A stretch of 64,000 nucleotides of DNA. Source: Octopus sinensis. Taxonomy: Eukaryota. The position numbers and the translations under genes are program-made. This document shows positions 25,932-39,744 of this stretch, in pieces (within the stretch, counting starts at the first letter, position 1; each line of letters starts with the position of its first letter). Location of the stretch: contig NW_021831838.1 of NCBI RefSeq assembly GCF_006345805.1, positions 1-64,000 on the forward strand, read 5' to 3'. The notes below the pieces were generated by a model. The model was not told the DNA's origin and did no database searches. It worked only from the letters and a program-made list of their open reading frames with translations.

Positions 25932-26392
25932 GGCGCAGGAGTGGCTGTGTGGTAAGTAGCTTGCTTTTCTACCACATGGTTTCGAGTTCAGTCCCACTGT
26001 GTTGCATCTTCGGCAAGTGTCTTCTAATATAGCCTCGGGCCGACCAAAGCCTTGTGAGTGGATTTGGTAGTCGGAAACTGAAAGAAGCCCGTCGTATATA
26101 TGTATGTATGTATATATGTGTGTGTGTCTGTGTTTGTCTCCTCAACATCGCTTGACAACCGATGCTGATATGTTTACGTCCCCGTAAATTAGCGGTTCGG
26201 CAAAAGTGACCGATAGAATAAGTACTACGTTTACAAAGAATAAGTCCAGAGGTTGATTTGCCCGACCCAGCATGGGATGCTCCAGCATGGGATGCTCCAG
26301 CATGGGATGCTCCAGCATGGGATGCTCCAGCATGGGATGCTCCAGCATGGCCGCATTCAAATGACTGAAACAAATAAAAGAATAAAAAATGA
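25932..26392 (+). mobile_element. Full-length SINE family A with internal 15-bp tandem amplification
   Basis: Same head and tail as 18460; five copies of CCAGCATGGGATGCT at 26267-26341. Confidence 0.9.
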
Positions 26393-26517
26393 AAGAATAT
26401 ATTTTTATCTACCAGTCCGTCTCTCTATCTTTCTCTGTATAAGATATGTATATGCGTGTGTGAGTGTGTGTGTATATATATATATATAAATGCATATACA
26501 TGTATATATATATATAG

Positions 26518-26563
<46 letters not shown>

Positions 26564-26592
26564 ATATATATATATATATAATATATAAATAT

Positions 26593-26640
<48 letters not shown>

Positions 26641-26724
26641 TCACAAATATATGGGTATATATGTATCATTATACGTACATATATTTATGTATATATATAT
26701 ATGTATGTATATATATGTGTGTAT

Positions 26725-26772
<48 letters not shown>

Positions 26773-26963
26773 ATGTTATATATATATATATATATATGTA
26801 TATATACCTTTATATATATTATATATATATATATATTAATATATATTTATAGTCAATCCCCCCCCCCCAAAAAAAAAACAAGAACTAATGCAAAAACAAA
26901 AACAACGCGGGGACGTGGTACATGCAAAGTATTAGCAGACGCTCAGGGAAGGAAAGAAAGGTA

Positions 26964-26998
26964 GTTTTACGTTTCGATCCAAGCTCACCGTCACAAAC
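26964..26998 (-). ncRNA. Degenerate minimal hammerhead motif inside a ~180-bp repeat (about 26880-27055)
   Basis: Minus strand: gttt-GTGACGG-TGAGC-TTG-GATC-GAAAC-GTA^aaac; flanks align with the 47900-48102 copy. Confidence 0.45.
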
Positions 26999-27065
26999 AG
27001 AAGACGGAAAAAGTCCAAGAGAAAAGGAAGACGGAGGAAAAATATCGCCAACAATCCACATGTGC

Positions 27066-27111
<46 letters not shown>

Positions 27112-27751
27112 GTATGTATGTATATGTACATATACATACTAGCAATGCACGTATATCAACAACGGAACAAAAACTTGTACATTAAACCACATATATTCAC
27201 AGACGCGCTGATGCACATATACATCCCCGTACTGAATTTTCAGGCAGACGACTTAGTCAATATAAAGAATTAGCTATAAAAATAGATAGCCATCTTGAAA
27301 TTAATATGGTATTTTTTTGTTTTACTTATCTCTTTCCTATTTTCCCCTCCTTATACATGTATGTAAATGCATTCATTTATGCATGCATGTCAAATCATAT
27401 AGCTGGCACACGCACAATTGCACAAGATTTACACACCGTATGCAAATATACATACTATTGCACGTATTCATTATAACTTACATTTTACAGTGTTCATTAA
27501 TGGCGTCCGCACATACATGCGTAAGTGCATGCAAGTATACATACACACATACATACAGACAGACAAATAGACAGATAGTCAGACAGAAAAACGTACTTCC
27601 ATCCATCCATGCATAGATATATCATACATGTATATAAACATACATATTTACACACGCATGTACGAACGTACAGATTTATAGCTATGTACGGTATGATTAT
27701 ATTCGTATATATATTGCAATGTGTGTAAAGTATTTCTGTCTGTCTGTCTGC

Positions 27752-27814
<63 letters not shown>

Positions 27815-27865
27815 CTATCTATCTATCTATCTATCGGTAAGTAGATAGACATAACATTAAAATCA

Positions 27866-27898
<33 letters not shown>

Positions 27899-28417
27899 TA
27901 TATATATATTATATATTATAATATATGTATATACTTATTATTATATAATGTATAAATATATGTATATATATATATATATAAGCGCTATATATCGATGTGT
28001 ATAAATATAAGTGTATGTATATATATATGTATATGTATATATATGCATATATGTATGTATATATATATGTATGTATATATTATGTATGTATATATATATA
28101 AATATAATTATATCTATATATAATATATATATATATAGATATATATATATATATACATATATATGTATTTATGTATGTGTGTTTTATGTGTGTATCGTTA
28201 CTAATGATTATCTTACGCCTTATAAATATTTGAGTTTGTGAGTGTGTGTATGCGTATATGTGAGCCTAAGCGGAGTTATGCGCATGTGCATATGCTCATG
28301 CACTCGTCATACCTTTCTGTACGTATGCATACTTATGCTGTAAACTAGACATACGTACGCACGTACTTGCATATAAGTATGTGTACATGAATGCAACGTG
28401 TTTGAGTATACAATTAT

Positions 28418-28468
<51 letters not shown>

Positions 28469-28539
28469 ACATACATTCATACATATATATACATGTATGT
28501 ATATGTGTATATACATATATATATATATATATAATATAT

Positions 28540-28602
<63 letters not shown>

Positions 28603-29299
28603 ATATATATATTATATGTATATGTATATGTATATGTATACTTATATCTATTATGTATTTATATTTATGTATTTATATTTATGTATGCGCATTGAATATT
28701 CGCATACGTAAGCGGTGAATATTAAAAAAGTATTAAAAAAGATTAAAAAGAAACCATCACCAACAATGCAAACATAGAACTGCAAAAAGAAGACTAGAGT
28801 TTGTCAAGTGGTATTTATTTATTTATCTATGAATGCATGGATGACTTTTGTTATGGCTGGATTATAAATGTATTGATGAGAACGACACTTGGCAACGCTG
28901 TAATGAACTGAGAACATGTACCACTGTTAATGAATAAATATGCATGTATCTGCATGCATCTGAGGAAAAATAGCGTCAAAGAATGGATGGAGTGGAGTGA
29001 TTTGAAAAACGTAGTTGTAGCAGAAGTAGCATGAAGATGAAGTAGGAGAAGATGAAAGAGCAGAAAGGACTGATGAAGAAGAATGCACAGAACAAGGAGA
29101 AGGAGGATGAGGTGAAGTTGAAAGAGAAGGTATATAAAAATGAGGAAGAGGAGGAGGAGGAGGAGGAGAAAGTGAAGAAGATACTGAAGAAGAAAAAGAA
29201 GGTGAGGAAGGCGATGAGTAGAGGAAAAAGGGTGATGAAGATGAAATAGAAGAAAGAAGTGGAGGAAAGAGTACGAAAGAGAAGGTAAAAAGAAGATGA

Positions 29300-29400
29300 A
29301 AGAGAAGAAGAAGAAGAAGAAGAAGAAGAAGAAGAAGAAGAAGAAGAAGAAGAAGAAGAAGAAGAAGAAGAAGAAGAAGAAAAGAAGAAGAAGAAGAAGA
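29300..29400 (+). repeat. (GAA)n microsatellite in a purine-rich low-complexity tract
   Basis: Tandem trinucleotide repeat seen directly. Confidence 0.95.
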
Positions 29401-29609
29401 AAACTACGTTGAAGAAGGAGAACGACGGCAGACGAGAAAATGATAGAGAAGGGGAAAAAGTAGAAATGATGAAGAATAAGTTAAAGAAGGTGGAAATGAA
29501 GGACAAGAAGAATAAGAATATGAATAAAAAGAAGAAATGATGAACGAGAGGCGGAAGAAGCAAAGGGTAAAAATAACAAAGCGGAAGTGGAAGCACAAAA
29601 TTAAACCCT

Positions 29610-30092
29610 TTCTACTATAGGTACAAGGCCTGAAATCTTACAGGAAGGAGCTAGTTGATTATATTGACCCCAGTGCTCAACTGGTAATTATTTCATCCAG
29701 CCCGAAAGAATGAAAGCCAAAGTCGACCTCGGCAAAATTTGAACTCAGAACGTAAAGAAGGGTGAAATGTCGCTAGACATTTTGTCTGGCATGTTAACAA
29801 TTCTGCCACCTTGCTGCCTTAGTATTAGTATTAGTATTAGTATTAGTAGTAGTAGTAGTAGTAGTAGTAGTCTTTTCTACTATTGGCATAAGGCCAGAAA
29901 TTTTGTGGGAAGGGAATTAGTCGATCACATCAACTCCCAGTGCTTATATCATCGACCCCGAAAGGATGAAAGGCAAAGTCAACCTCGGCGGAATTTGAAC
30001 TCAAAATTACGTTCTGTGTTCAAATTCCGCCGAGGTCGAAATGCTCCTAAGAATTTTGTCCAGTATGCTAACAATTCTGCCACCTCGCTGCC
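29610..30092 (-). mobile_element. Two SINE family B copies (about 29610-29820 and 29870-30092)
   Basis: Reverse-complement matches to the family B head and body; the second has an internal inversion. Confidence 0.8.
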
Positions 30093-30199
30093 CTAGCAGT
30101 AGTAGTAGTCGTTGTGGTGGTGGTGGTGGTGGTGGTGGTGGTAGTAGTAGAAGTAATAGTAATAGTAGTACTAGTAATACATATCTACGTACATACATA

Positions 30200-31300
30200 C
30201 ATTGGTCACAAGGGTTGCAAAATCGTTTAGGATAATACAAAAACTAAGGGCGGCGGAAATTTTCTTAAACACTTATAAACAATAAAAATTATAACAATCA
30301 CCAAGAAAATTATAACAAAATTCCCTAATAGCGGGGAGTAGTACTCAGAGGTGCCCAAGGGACTTCACAGATGCTGAATTACTCCGACCGCCAAAGCAAC
30401 ACTGGGAAGCGCCCCACTTCTATCCGTTCTCCTTGTCCAGCAAGCATCAACGTAAAGTAGGTCCATTCACTCGGGCCACTCTCGCCATATTCACCCGTCT
30501 CTCGATACATTTACCAGAGAGAAGTACCTCCCTTTTTAAATGATCCTTAAAGAAAAAAAACAATGAGGGTTTGGCCGAAGAAGGAAGTATGTCTCCAGTC
30601 GTTTCAGGTTTCAGTCCCATCCATCACACAGCCTTCTTTGTCATAGCCACCAGGCAAAGGAAAACTGTCTGCCCTTCCAGTCCAAAGGTAGGTGGTGAGG
30701 AGATCTTCACAACAAGGTCGGTGTAAGCAATAGCAGATATTCAACATAACTCTACAAATTAGCAACGCTTGGATACTTTATAAGCGCTAGTAGGACGGTT
30801 CCTGTGCTCTGCGCGTATCTGGAGAAGATCCGGCTGACAGCATTACCGTACTTGTAGAGTCCATTCCGAACAGCATAGACTCTCCTAGCAGCACTGCTAG
30901 ACTAAAGATTCCTGGAAATCGTCCATGGGTCCTGAACCGAAAGTCTTCCGGAACAGACCAGGCAGTTCATCAGCCACCGAAGTCATTGTGGCTCTTGCAC
31001 GTCATTAATCTCCTATAGGACACCATGATTGAACTTCCACCGATTGCATTGCCCGACTGGCAGGCGTAAGAGCCTGACGACACTTTAGGTTTCAAGTACC
31101 TTGCCACGGTCTCTGCTTGATTCGAGACTACAGTCCTGTCAAAGAGACGAGTTATGGAAGAGTTTGACAAACAGCGGCAACCCCTGCTCACTGTCAAGAA
31201 GCTGATACAGCTCTCTCACACCCTAGATCTGTGCAGGATGTCCCTCGAAACCTGCAACTTCCGTCGTAGTAGATCGAGCGTCAGCCTGTGAAGAAGGAAC
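30200..31300 (-). mobile_element. L1/Tx1-clade LINE 3' fragment, same family as 8760-9630
   Basis: Minus translation GLYKYGNAVSRIFSRYAQSTGTVLLALIKYPSVANL*SYVEYLLL...TVFLCLVAM aligns with the 8760-9630 copy. Confidence 0.7.
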
Positions 31301-32546
31301 GAGTGGGGGAAGCTATGTTGGTAATGATGCTGATGATGATGCAGCTGATGATGATTGCTTTTCTTTGAACGAGGGTCCAAGGCATTTAAGACAAAATAAA
31401 AGGACACATTGCAAATCCACAAGTGTGGAGTTAAAGTGGAGTCAAAGATGAAGAAGAAAAAGGGAAGAAGGAAGAGGGGGAGAAGACGGCAAGAAGATGA
31501 ATAAAATGAAGAAGAAGAGGAAGAAGAAAAAGAGAAAGATGGAAAGAATAGGTGTTATGAAGGCCCAAGAACGTGGGTATACTGAGAAATAAAAACACAG
31601 ATATTCTGGGAAACACGTTAGAGAAATCTTTATGTTGTTAGTATGAATTCATGTATTGGTGTATTTATTTATAAGATGTTGCTGTTTAATCAATCCCTAG
31701 TCATCGGTGAATGAGTACGTCTATGATCAATGACACTCCAACCGTGACTACACCGTCCTTTATTTTTATATTTAATCAGAGGTAGACTTATATAATCAAT
31801 CAGTTTTGATACGATAGATCTATAGAAAAGGCAGTCAAAATTCCCTAAAATCAGACTAAGCCGCGTCCGAATTGAGGGAGATCTGGCTGCTATTTCCAAC
31901 AGACAGCGCAACCATTTAAAGAGTTTCGCTTTAGTACACGCGTGCGTAAGTGTGTGATTATATGAGTATGCTTCAGTGAATATAAGCTCATATCATTTGG
32001 TATGTATTTATGTATATAGGGGACTCTGGAATCAGACCAATTTTGTTCTGTTCTTCTGTTTAGTTCCGAACGTATGTGGCGTAAATGAGATCAGTGCCAA
32101 CGAAAGGCAAATTAACACGCATTTAATTATATGGCTTTCCTTTCAAGCAGGTCCCACAACTGCCGCTATCAGGACACATAAACATTACATTAAAACTGCC
32201 TCAACAGCACACAAACTTAACGAAGCGTGGCGTTGCAGTCTCGGCTTTGACCAGTGGCTGTGATACCATTGTATCAGGCAGGAAATGTTCTGCACATGCC
32301 TTGACCAACTTCACTAACAGGAAAAGATAAAACAAAACAAAAAAAACTTCAACAGTTAAACACTCACATATATGAGCGCGTGGACACACGTACATTCAGG
32401 TACATAAACACACAGAAGCACACACACATTCACAGAGGCACACACTCACACACATTCACAGAGGCACGCACTCACACATACACACACACACAAGTACACA
32501 CTTAGGCACACACAAAGTCAACGGACACACGCACAAACACTCAGGC

Positions 32547-32605
<59 letters not shown>

Positions 32606-32898
32606 GACACACAGATAAATAAGATATACTTGCATACATACATATATATACACATATAGTATATGATTGCGAGTGTTTATATGAATGTGTGTATTATGTA
32701 TGTATGTATGTATGTATGTATGTATGTATGTATGTATGTATGTATGTATGTACGTATGTATGTATGCATATATGTATGTATATATATGTGTGTGTATGTG
32801 TGTTTTCTTTAGGATTTGTTGAATTTTTTTTTAGGAAACTAGTCCATTAGAAAACCTCTGTTCGTGATGGAAGCAGTACATGAACCCAAAAAGTATTG

Positions 32899-33133
32899 TT
32901 TATGGCCATTTTAATGTGGCTGTCCTGTAAGAGACGACGATGCTCTCATTCAACCCTAGGAAACTATGTAATCTGGTGGTCTCAGAGCTAAGGTGGCAGA
33001 GTTATCCCCCGCTTGCAATAAACATCGAGTGCGAAAAATGCACTGAATAAACTATCTGGTGGAGATGTCTTCCTGGGGTAAAATGGCAATATCGCCATCT
33101 CTTAAAGGACAACCATATTAAAGTGGCCATAAA
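32899..33133. mobile_element. MITE-like element with ~36-bp imperfect inverted repeats
   Basis: TTTATGGCCATTTTAATGTGGCTGTCCTGTAAGAGA (32899-32934) versus TCTCTTAAAGGACAACCATATTAAAGTGGCCATAAA (33098-33133), four mismatches. Confidence 0.55.
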
Positions 33134-33554
33134 AAATGTTTATATTTCATTTAAAGAATTCAAGCTAGCCAAGTGGCGAAGTTCTTTCGCTTCAGTTAAG
33201 ACAAGTGTTGGATGGGTTTGCGGTCATCTGAATCGGTTAAACTGTGTACGTATACACATGTTAACGCTTATGGATAACTTGTATTGTGTGGTGAATTTAC
33301 TTAAGTTTACAAATGTCTGTACTTCACATATTTTTCATTTTAGTATACAAATGTTTGTGCTTCCCTCATGTTCATGTATATGTCGATGTGTGCATATGTT
33401 TGGCCCAGGAAAATTCACATGGGGCGGGCCCTGGAGCATTTAAAATGTAAGTTCCTCTCTCACTCTCGCCCTCTCTCTCCTCTCTCCCTCTTTTCTTCTC
33501 TCTCTCTACACACATACGTACATACATATACACATACATATATATATTTCTGTG

Positions 33555-33760
33555 TAAGGCAGCGAACTGGCAAAATCGTTAGCATAGCGAGCAAAATGCT
33601 TAGCGGGATTTCGTCCGTCTGTACGCTCTGAGTTCAAATTCTGCTGTGGTCGATTTTGCGTTTCATCCTTTCGGAGTCGATAAAATAAGTACTAGTCGAG
33701 CATTGGGGTTGATTTTATCAACTATCACCATCCCACAAACTAGTAAAAAGGAATATATAT
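33555..33760 (+). mobile_element. SINE family B monomer
   Basis: AAGGCAGCGAACTGGCAAAATCGTTAGC...GAGTTCAAATTC...TTTCATCCTTTCGGAGTCGATAAAATAAGTAC. Confidence 0.85.
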
Positions 33761-34391
33761 TCTGTGGATACACACACACATATATATGTGTATATACATA
33801 CATACATACACACATACATAAATAAATACATACATACATACATACATACATACTACATACATACATACATACACACACACATACACACACACACACACAC
33901 ATATATATATAATGGGTATATATACATATATATATATATATTTCAGTCCATGTGCCTATAGTAGAAAAGAATATACATTTCTGTGGATACATACACACCT
34001 ATATATGTGTATATACATACATAGAACAGCATTCCATACAAGAACGAATTGTGGATCAGTAAAGAGACAAAATGGTTTCAGATGTTAGCTAGTCCTTTGA
34101 CCTATACAATGACCCAACCTTACAGGAAGCAAACCTACCAATTGACGGTATATAACAACCCCAAGGAATATCAGGTGTGAAAGATCAGGCAATTTCAAAG
34201 AAGACCTATCCTTAAGTTGTACCGAAAGTAATACAAAGGTGGCCATAAACTTTTTCTTGTTTTCTTTTTTGTTTCGACAGACAAAGCGCAGAACAAGTTT
34301 ATTCATTGATCTGCTGGTTCAGGGCTGCCGTCATGGTGTTAAACAACAACAAAAAAAGAAGAAAAAATACGACAGAGGCAGCAACAGCAGT

Positions 34392-34700
34392 GGAGGCGCA
34401 ATGGCCCAATGGTTAGGGCAGTGGACTCGCGGTCGGAGGATCGCGGTTTCGATTCCCAGACTGAGCGTTGTGTGTGTTTATTGAGCGAATACAACTAAAA
34501 CTCCACGAGGCTCCGGCAGGAGGTGGTGGCGACCCCTATTGTACCCTTTCGCTCCAACTTTCTCTCACTCTTTCTTCCTGTTTCTTGTCCCCGACTTACT
34601 ACGCAGCCGTTGAGCTTGGATGCACATTCATCCATCTGTCGATGCTCTTGGTGTCGGTGGTTGACCTGCTTTCTCTTCTGCGGGTCTTATGAATAGCAAA
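34392..34700 (+). mobile_element. tRNA-derived SINE (family C-like head)
   Basis: A-box TGGCCCAATGG, B-box GGTTTCGATTCCC; no tRNA 3' acceptor strand, continues into a SINE body. Confidence 0.7.
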
Positions 34701-34995
34701 GGACCACGTTTCGGACTTCTCCCATCTTGCGAGCTCTGGGACGAAGACCGTTCACTCAACAGCAACAGCAACAACAACAAAAACAACACAGATAAATTTA
34801 CTAAAAAGCACAGAGCTGTCGCTACTTTCAACAGGGCACTCAAAACTTGTCTTCCTTCCTTGGATCCTCAAATCCTGATAGAGCTGTAGGGAGATCCTCA
34901 TGGTATATGTCGCGTACTGGGCATTTTAAGACCTGGCGAAATCTGTTTCTCTCCGCGTCTGAGCACCACCGACTTCTTCAAAAGAGAAAGAGAGT

Positions 34996-35041
<46 letters not shown>

Positions 35042-35204
35042 CTTTATTCACCATAAGGTTGAGAAAAAGAGGGGACAAAACAAACGTTGGGGTCAGGGTA
35101 TCGAATGAGACGAAACATATGAATAAACAACAAATAAAATATATACAATTAAATGAGAATGAGTGATTAACAAAAAATGAAGCGGAGCACGCGGTCGACC
35201 CTAT

Positions 35205-35274
<70 letters not shown>

Positions 35275-36255
35275 GATCTCTGCACTGAAAAGGACAGAAC
35301 GCAAAACTGATCTCAGTCGGATTTGAACTTATAACGTAAAGGAGTTGCAGCAGAAACGGAAACTAATTCCCCGCGTGACCCTAACATCACTACCAATTCG
35401 CCGCCATTATACAGAGCTAACACAGAAAATCAAAAAAAATGGTGCTGCACGACTTGGCTTTAAGTTGGTCATTTCTTCAATGTTTCATAGTGAATTTCCT
35501 AAGAATTCTACAATGGTCCTTTCCTTCCGAATTCCACATTTCTGTGACAATTAGAAAAAATTCCACTCCACCACAACCTGTTTTATTATTATTATTATTT
35601 TTTGTTACGCTTTTGTTTTGCTTCCCCATAAAAAATACAAGCAAAACCTTGATTCTGAAATCATCACAAATCATGTGTCCATTATTTTTTATACATGTAC
35701 TGAAGTGTGTGCATATATATTTCAGATATTTCATGCTCTTTCACACTTCAGTTGTCTTTTTCCTTTCTCTGCATTCCTCTCTTTTCAGCTCGCTTTTTCT
35801 CTATCTCTTTCTCTCTGTCCATCTCTCTCCTCTTTCTCTCACTGTCGTTTTCTTTCTATCTCTCTAATTATTCGTTATATGAATATATTTGCATGAAGTT
35901 GTGAATATGTGGACTAAAGTGTGAAAGAATGTAACGTGAGTTTTTTTTTGTTAGGTTGTTTGGGAGCGAGCGTATATTTGTGTGAAAGAGCACAAAAAGC
36001 AGCTATATATAGATAGGACAGACGACAAACAGATATATATATATATATGTATATATAATAAATTAATAAATAAAACATATGCATATATACATACATATAT
36101 GTACGTACCTACCTCTACATGTATATATACACGCATATATGGGTACGGACACCAAAAAAACGTCGAACACAATAAGAAACGAAAACATAATCACAAAACC
36201 AAGATTGTTCTTGGTATATGTATATATATATATGTGTGTGTTTGTGTGTGTGTGT

Positions 36256-36290
<35 letters not shown>

Positions 36291-36433
36291 ATATATACAT
36301 ATATGTAGAAGACAGAGGGAGAGAGAAAAAAGTGGAGCGGGGAGAAGTAGAAAAATGCGATAGTGGGGCAATTGAGGAGAATTTAACATGAATATAAACA
36401 ACAGCAGGGACAATGCTGACAACAGGAAGTACC

Positions 36434-36464
<31 letters not shown>

Positions 36465-36525
36465 TCAACAGTGGAAATAACAAAAGGCCATAAAAACTAC
36501 AATAGTGGCAACAACAGCAACGGCA

Positions 36526-36614
<89 letters not shown>

Positions 36615-37025
36615 AACCAGAGGAGCATTCTATACCAAGAATGCAGTTTCGGTTATATTATATTATACTTAATAAAAAAATATTAAGAAAGAAATGAATA
36701 GAGGTGTATACAATTATACATACATACATACTTACATACATACAATTATACATACATACATACATACATACATACATACATACATACAATTATACATACA
36801 TACAATTATACATACATACATACATGCATGCATACATGTATGCTTACATATATATATATGTATCATATGTGTGGTATTTGTATGTGTGTGTGTATATGGG
36901 TATGTATCCAGGTAGACTTAAAAACATATTTGTACATGCACATATGCACATACATGTGTTCATTTGTGTATGTATGCATAAATATATATATACACACGCA
37001 AAGAAATATATAAATATATAATATG

Positions 37026-37082
<57 letters not shown>

Positions 37083-37873
37083 TCTAATATATACATACAT
37101 AAATAAATTGATATATATATGTATATGCGTATATCTGTAAATGTATGTATAGATGTTATATAGACACGTGCATATGTACATGTATAAACTTGTGTGTGTG
37201 TGGTATGCGTGTGTGTGATATATGTCACTGTCTCTCCACCCTCTATCCACATATAAATACAAACACAAATGCACACATACACACTCACATAAATATATAT
37301 ACACATGCACACACGCACACACACACATACACACACACACACACACACACGCACACATATGTCGTCTGAATTGAAACTTTCGCAATAGGTACCGTCATTT
37401 TCTCTATTTTTTGTCAATATACTTTCTCTGTCTTTAATTTATCCTTTATTTATCGCCTGAATTCTTCATTTCTGGCCAACTCTACACCTAACTTCCGGTT
37501 TCATTTTAGTGTAACTTCCGTTGCTGTGAACTGATTGCACCTATTTATATTTTTAAATATTGGCTCCATTCTGTTTTTCTTGACACTGTTTTCTCATGAC
37601 AAAACATTCTCGAGAAGATATCGAATTCATGCGATTCAGTGATACGTACGTACATACATACATACATACATACATACATACATACATACATACATCCCTT
37701 CAATGACAGTCGGTTGAGTACATCCGTATATCTATATCTATCTATCTATACATCTGTGTGTGTGCGTACGTATATATATATAATTTTATATATATAATAT
37801 AATTATATATATATAAAAGTTCTCTTTTGGAGAGACTTAGTTATTTTAATATTTCTATTATATATATATATAG

Positions 37874-37925
<52 letters not shown>

Positions 37926-38099
37926 TATATATATTATGAAAGTAAATTTCGAACGCAGTAAAGCTGAAAGTACAGCAGAGAAAGATTGGGTATTTATTCT
38001 TATAAGACGGAAAAAAGCTGCCAGCATGCGGCTACGGGACTCAAACCCGTACCCATATGTACGCATATATATTTATGGATGTATACAAATGTGTATAAA

Positions 38100-38701
38100 T
38101 ACACATACATGCATGCGTACATACATACATACATACATACATACATACATACATGCATACATACATACATACATACATACATACATGCATACTTACATAC
38201 ATACATACATGCATACATACATACATACATACATACATACATACATACATACATACATACATGCATACATACATACATACATACATACATACATACATAC
38301 ATACATGCATACATGCATGCATGCATACATACATACATACATACATACATACATACATGCATGCATGCGTACATACATACATACATACATACATGCATAC
38401 ATGCATACATACATACATACATACATACATACATACATACATACATACCATACATGCATACATGCATACATACATACATGCATACATGCATACATACGTA
38501 CATACATACATACATACATACATACATGCATACATACATACATACATACATACATACATGCATACATACATACATACGTACATACATACATACATACATA
38601 CATACATACATACATACATACATGCATACATGCATACATACATACATACATACATACATACATACATACATACATACATACATACATACATACATACTTA
38701 C

Positions 38702-38745
<44 letters not shown>
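38100..38745 (+). repeat. (TACA)n/(TGCA) microsatellite followed by (TA)n
   Basis: About 600 bp tandem tetranucleotide; source of several spurious long ORFs. Confidence 0.95.
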
Positions 38746-38747
<2 letters not shown>

Positions 38748-38814
38748 GAGAGTGGAGATTTATTCACATTCAAAGCTTTTTTATTAAATATTTTTCTGCA
38801 GCATTTATAACTCC

Positions 38815-38899
38815 GACCGACATATGTTTCGACTACAGTAACTGCACATTTCTCTGTGGGCAATTATGCATCCTAGTTGCTGTAACTTCATCAAGGGTC
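38815..38899 (-). ncRNA. Type I hammerhead ribozyme motif with 33-nt loop II
   Basis: Minus strand: gacc-CTTGATGA-AGTTACAGCAAC-(33 nt)-GTTACTGTAGTC-GAAAC-ATAT-GTC^ggtc; 12-position stem II, palindromic stem III ACATATGT, 4-bp stem I; one extra T in core. Confidence 0.65.
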
Positions 38900-39026
38900 C
38901 ATCACACACGAACTACCCGACGAGTGAGTACCAGTATCTCTTTTAAGCTTGAGTACTATGTAATTTGGACCGTTATGGAAATTTGGAGCCATATATATAT
39001 ATATATATATATACATACATGCATGC

Positions 39027-39066
<40 letters not shown>

Positions 39067-39131
39067 GCCACTTCAGCTACATAACACCACACGTGCTTTC
39101 TTCTCCCCGGAGGGTCCTTACCTGTAACCTC

Positions 39132-39163
39132 TTTCTGATGAGGAGCCATGCTCGAAACGTCAT
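39132..39163 (+). ncRNA. Minimal hammerhead motif inside a ~190-bp repeat (about 39070-39262)
   Basis: ttt-CTGATGA-GGAGC-CAT-GCTC-GAAAC-GTC^ata; intact cores, weak stem I; downstream CTGAGCGTC..AATAC shared with the 47900 copy. Confidence 0.65.
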
Positions 39164-39361
39164 ACCCCTCTTTTTTTTATTTCCTTTTAAACTGAGCGTC
39201 AATCTAATACATTCACTGTGTTCGTCCTTTTCACTTTCATTGTTTGTGCTTTTAGTTTTGTTTATTTTTGATTTGCCTCTCTCTCTCTCTCTCTCTCCCT
39301 CTCCCTCTCTCCCTCTCCACCTCTGTATCTGAGTGCATTTTTAGGCACACACACACACACT

Positions 39362-39401
<40 letters not shown>

Positions 39402-39744
39402 CACACACACATGCACATATATATCTCGTATATGCAATTGAGACAATATTAAATTGAAACAACGGTCTATTTATCTTACCTAATACATTCACACCGTTGA
39501 TTGGCCTGTTACTGCAATATTTGTTCGATATAACATCCGATATGGACGTGCTGTGTTAAAAACAATAAATATTGGAGGAAGATGAACAATCAGCCCTGCT
39601 GCGGCAAGTGAAAACGTTAAATACATTTTGGCCCTTTCAGACCTTCTCAATGACGTGTATTTGCAGCCAGTCACATGTTTAAGGGAGAATCCGTTGCCTC
39701 CGATACAATATCAATTCCTGTATCAGTTCATCCAGTGTTCGCAA

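Noticed and set aside
26267-26350. Regular short direct repeats as a possible CRISPR array
   Set aside because: Contiguous 15-mers without spacers, inside a eukaryotic SINE; no cas genes.
28976-29596. 206-aa Phe/Ser-rich ORF
   Set aside because: Reverse strand of a (GAA)n purine-rich low-complexity tract.
37936-39127. Long ORFs of 160-324 aa (HTYI/MYVC repeats), and similar ORFs throughout the window
   Set aside because: Translations of (TACA)n, (TA)n, (CA)n and (TCTA)n microsatellites that lack stop codons; no protein signal.
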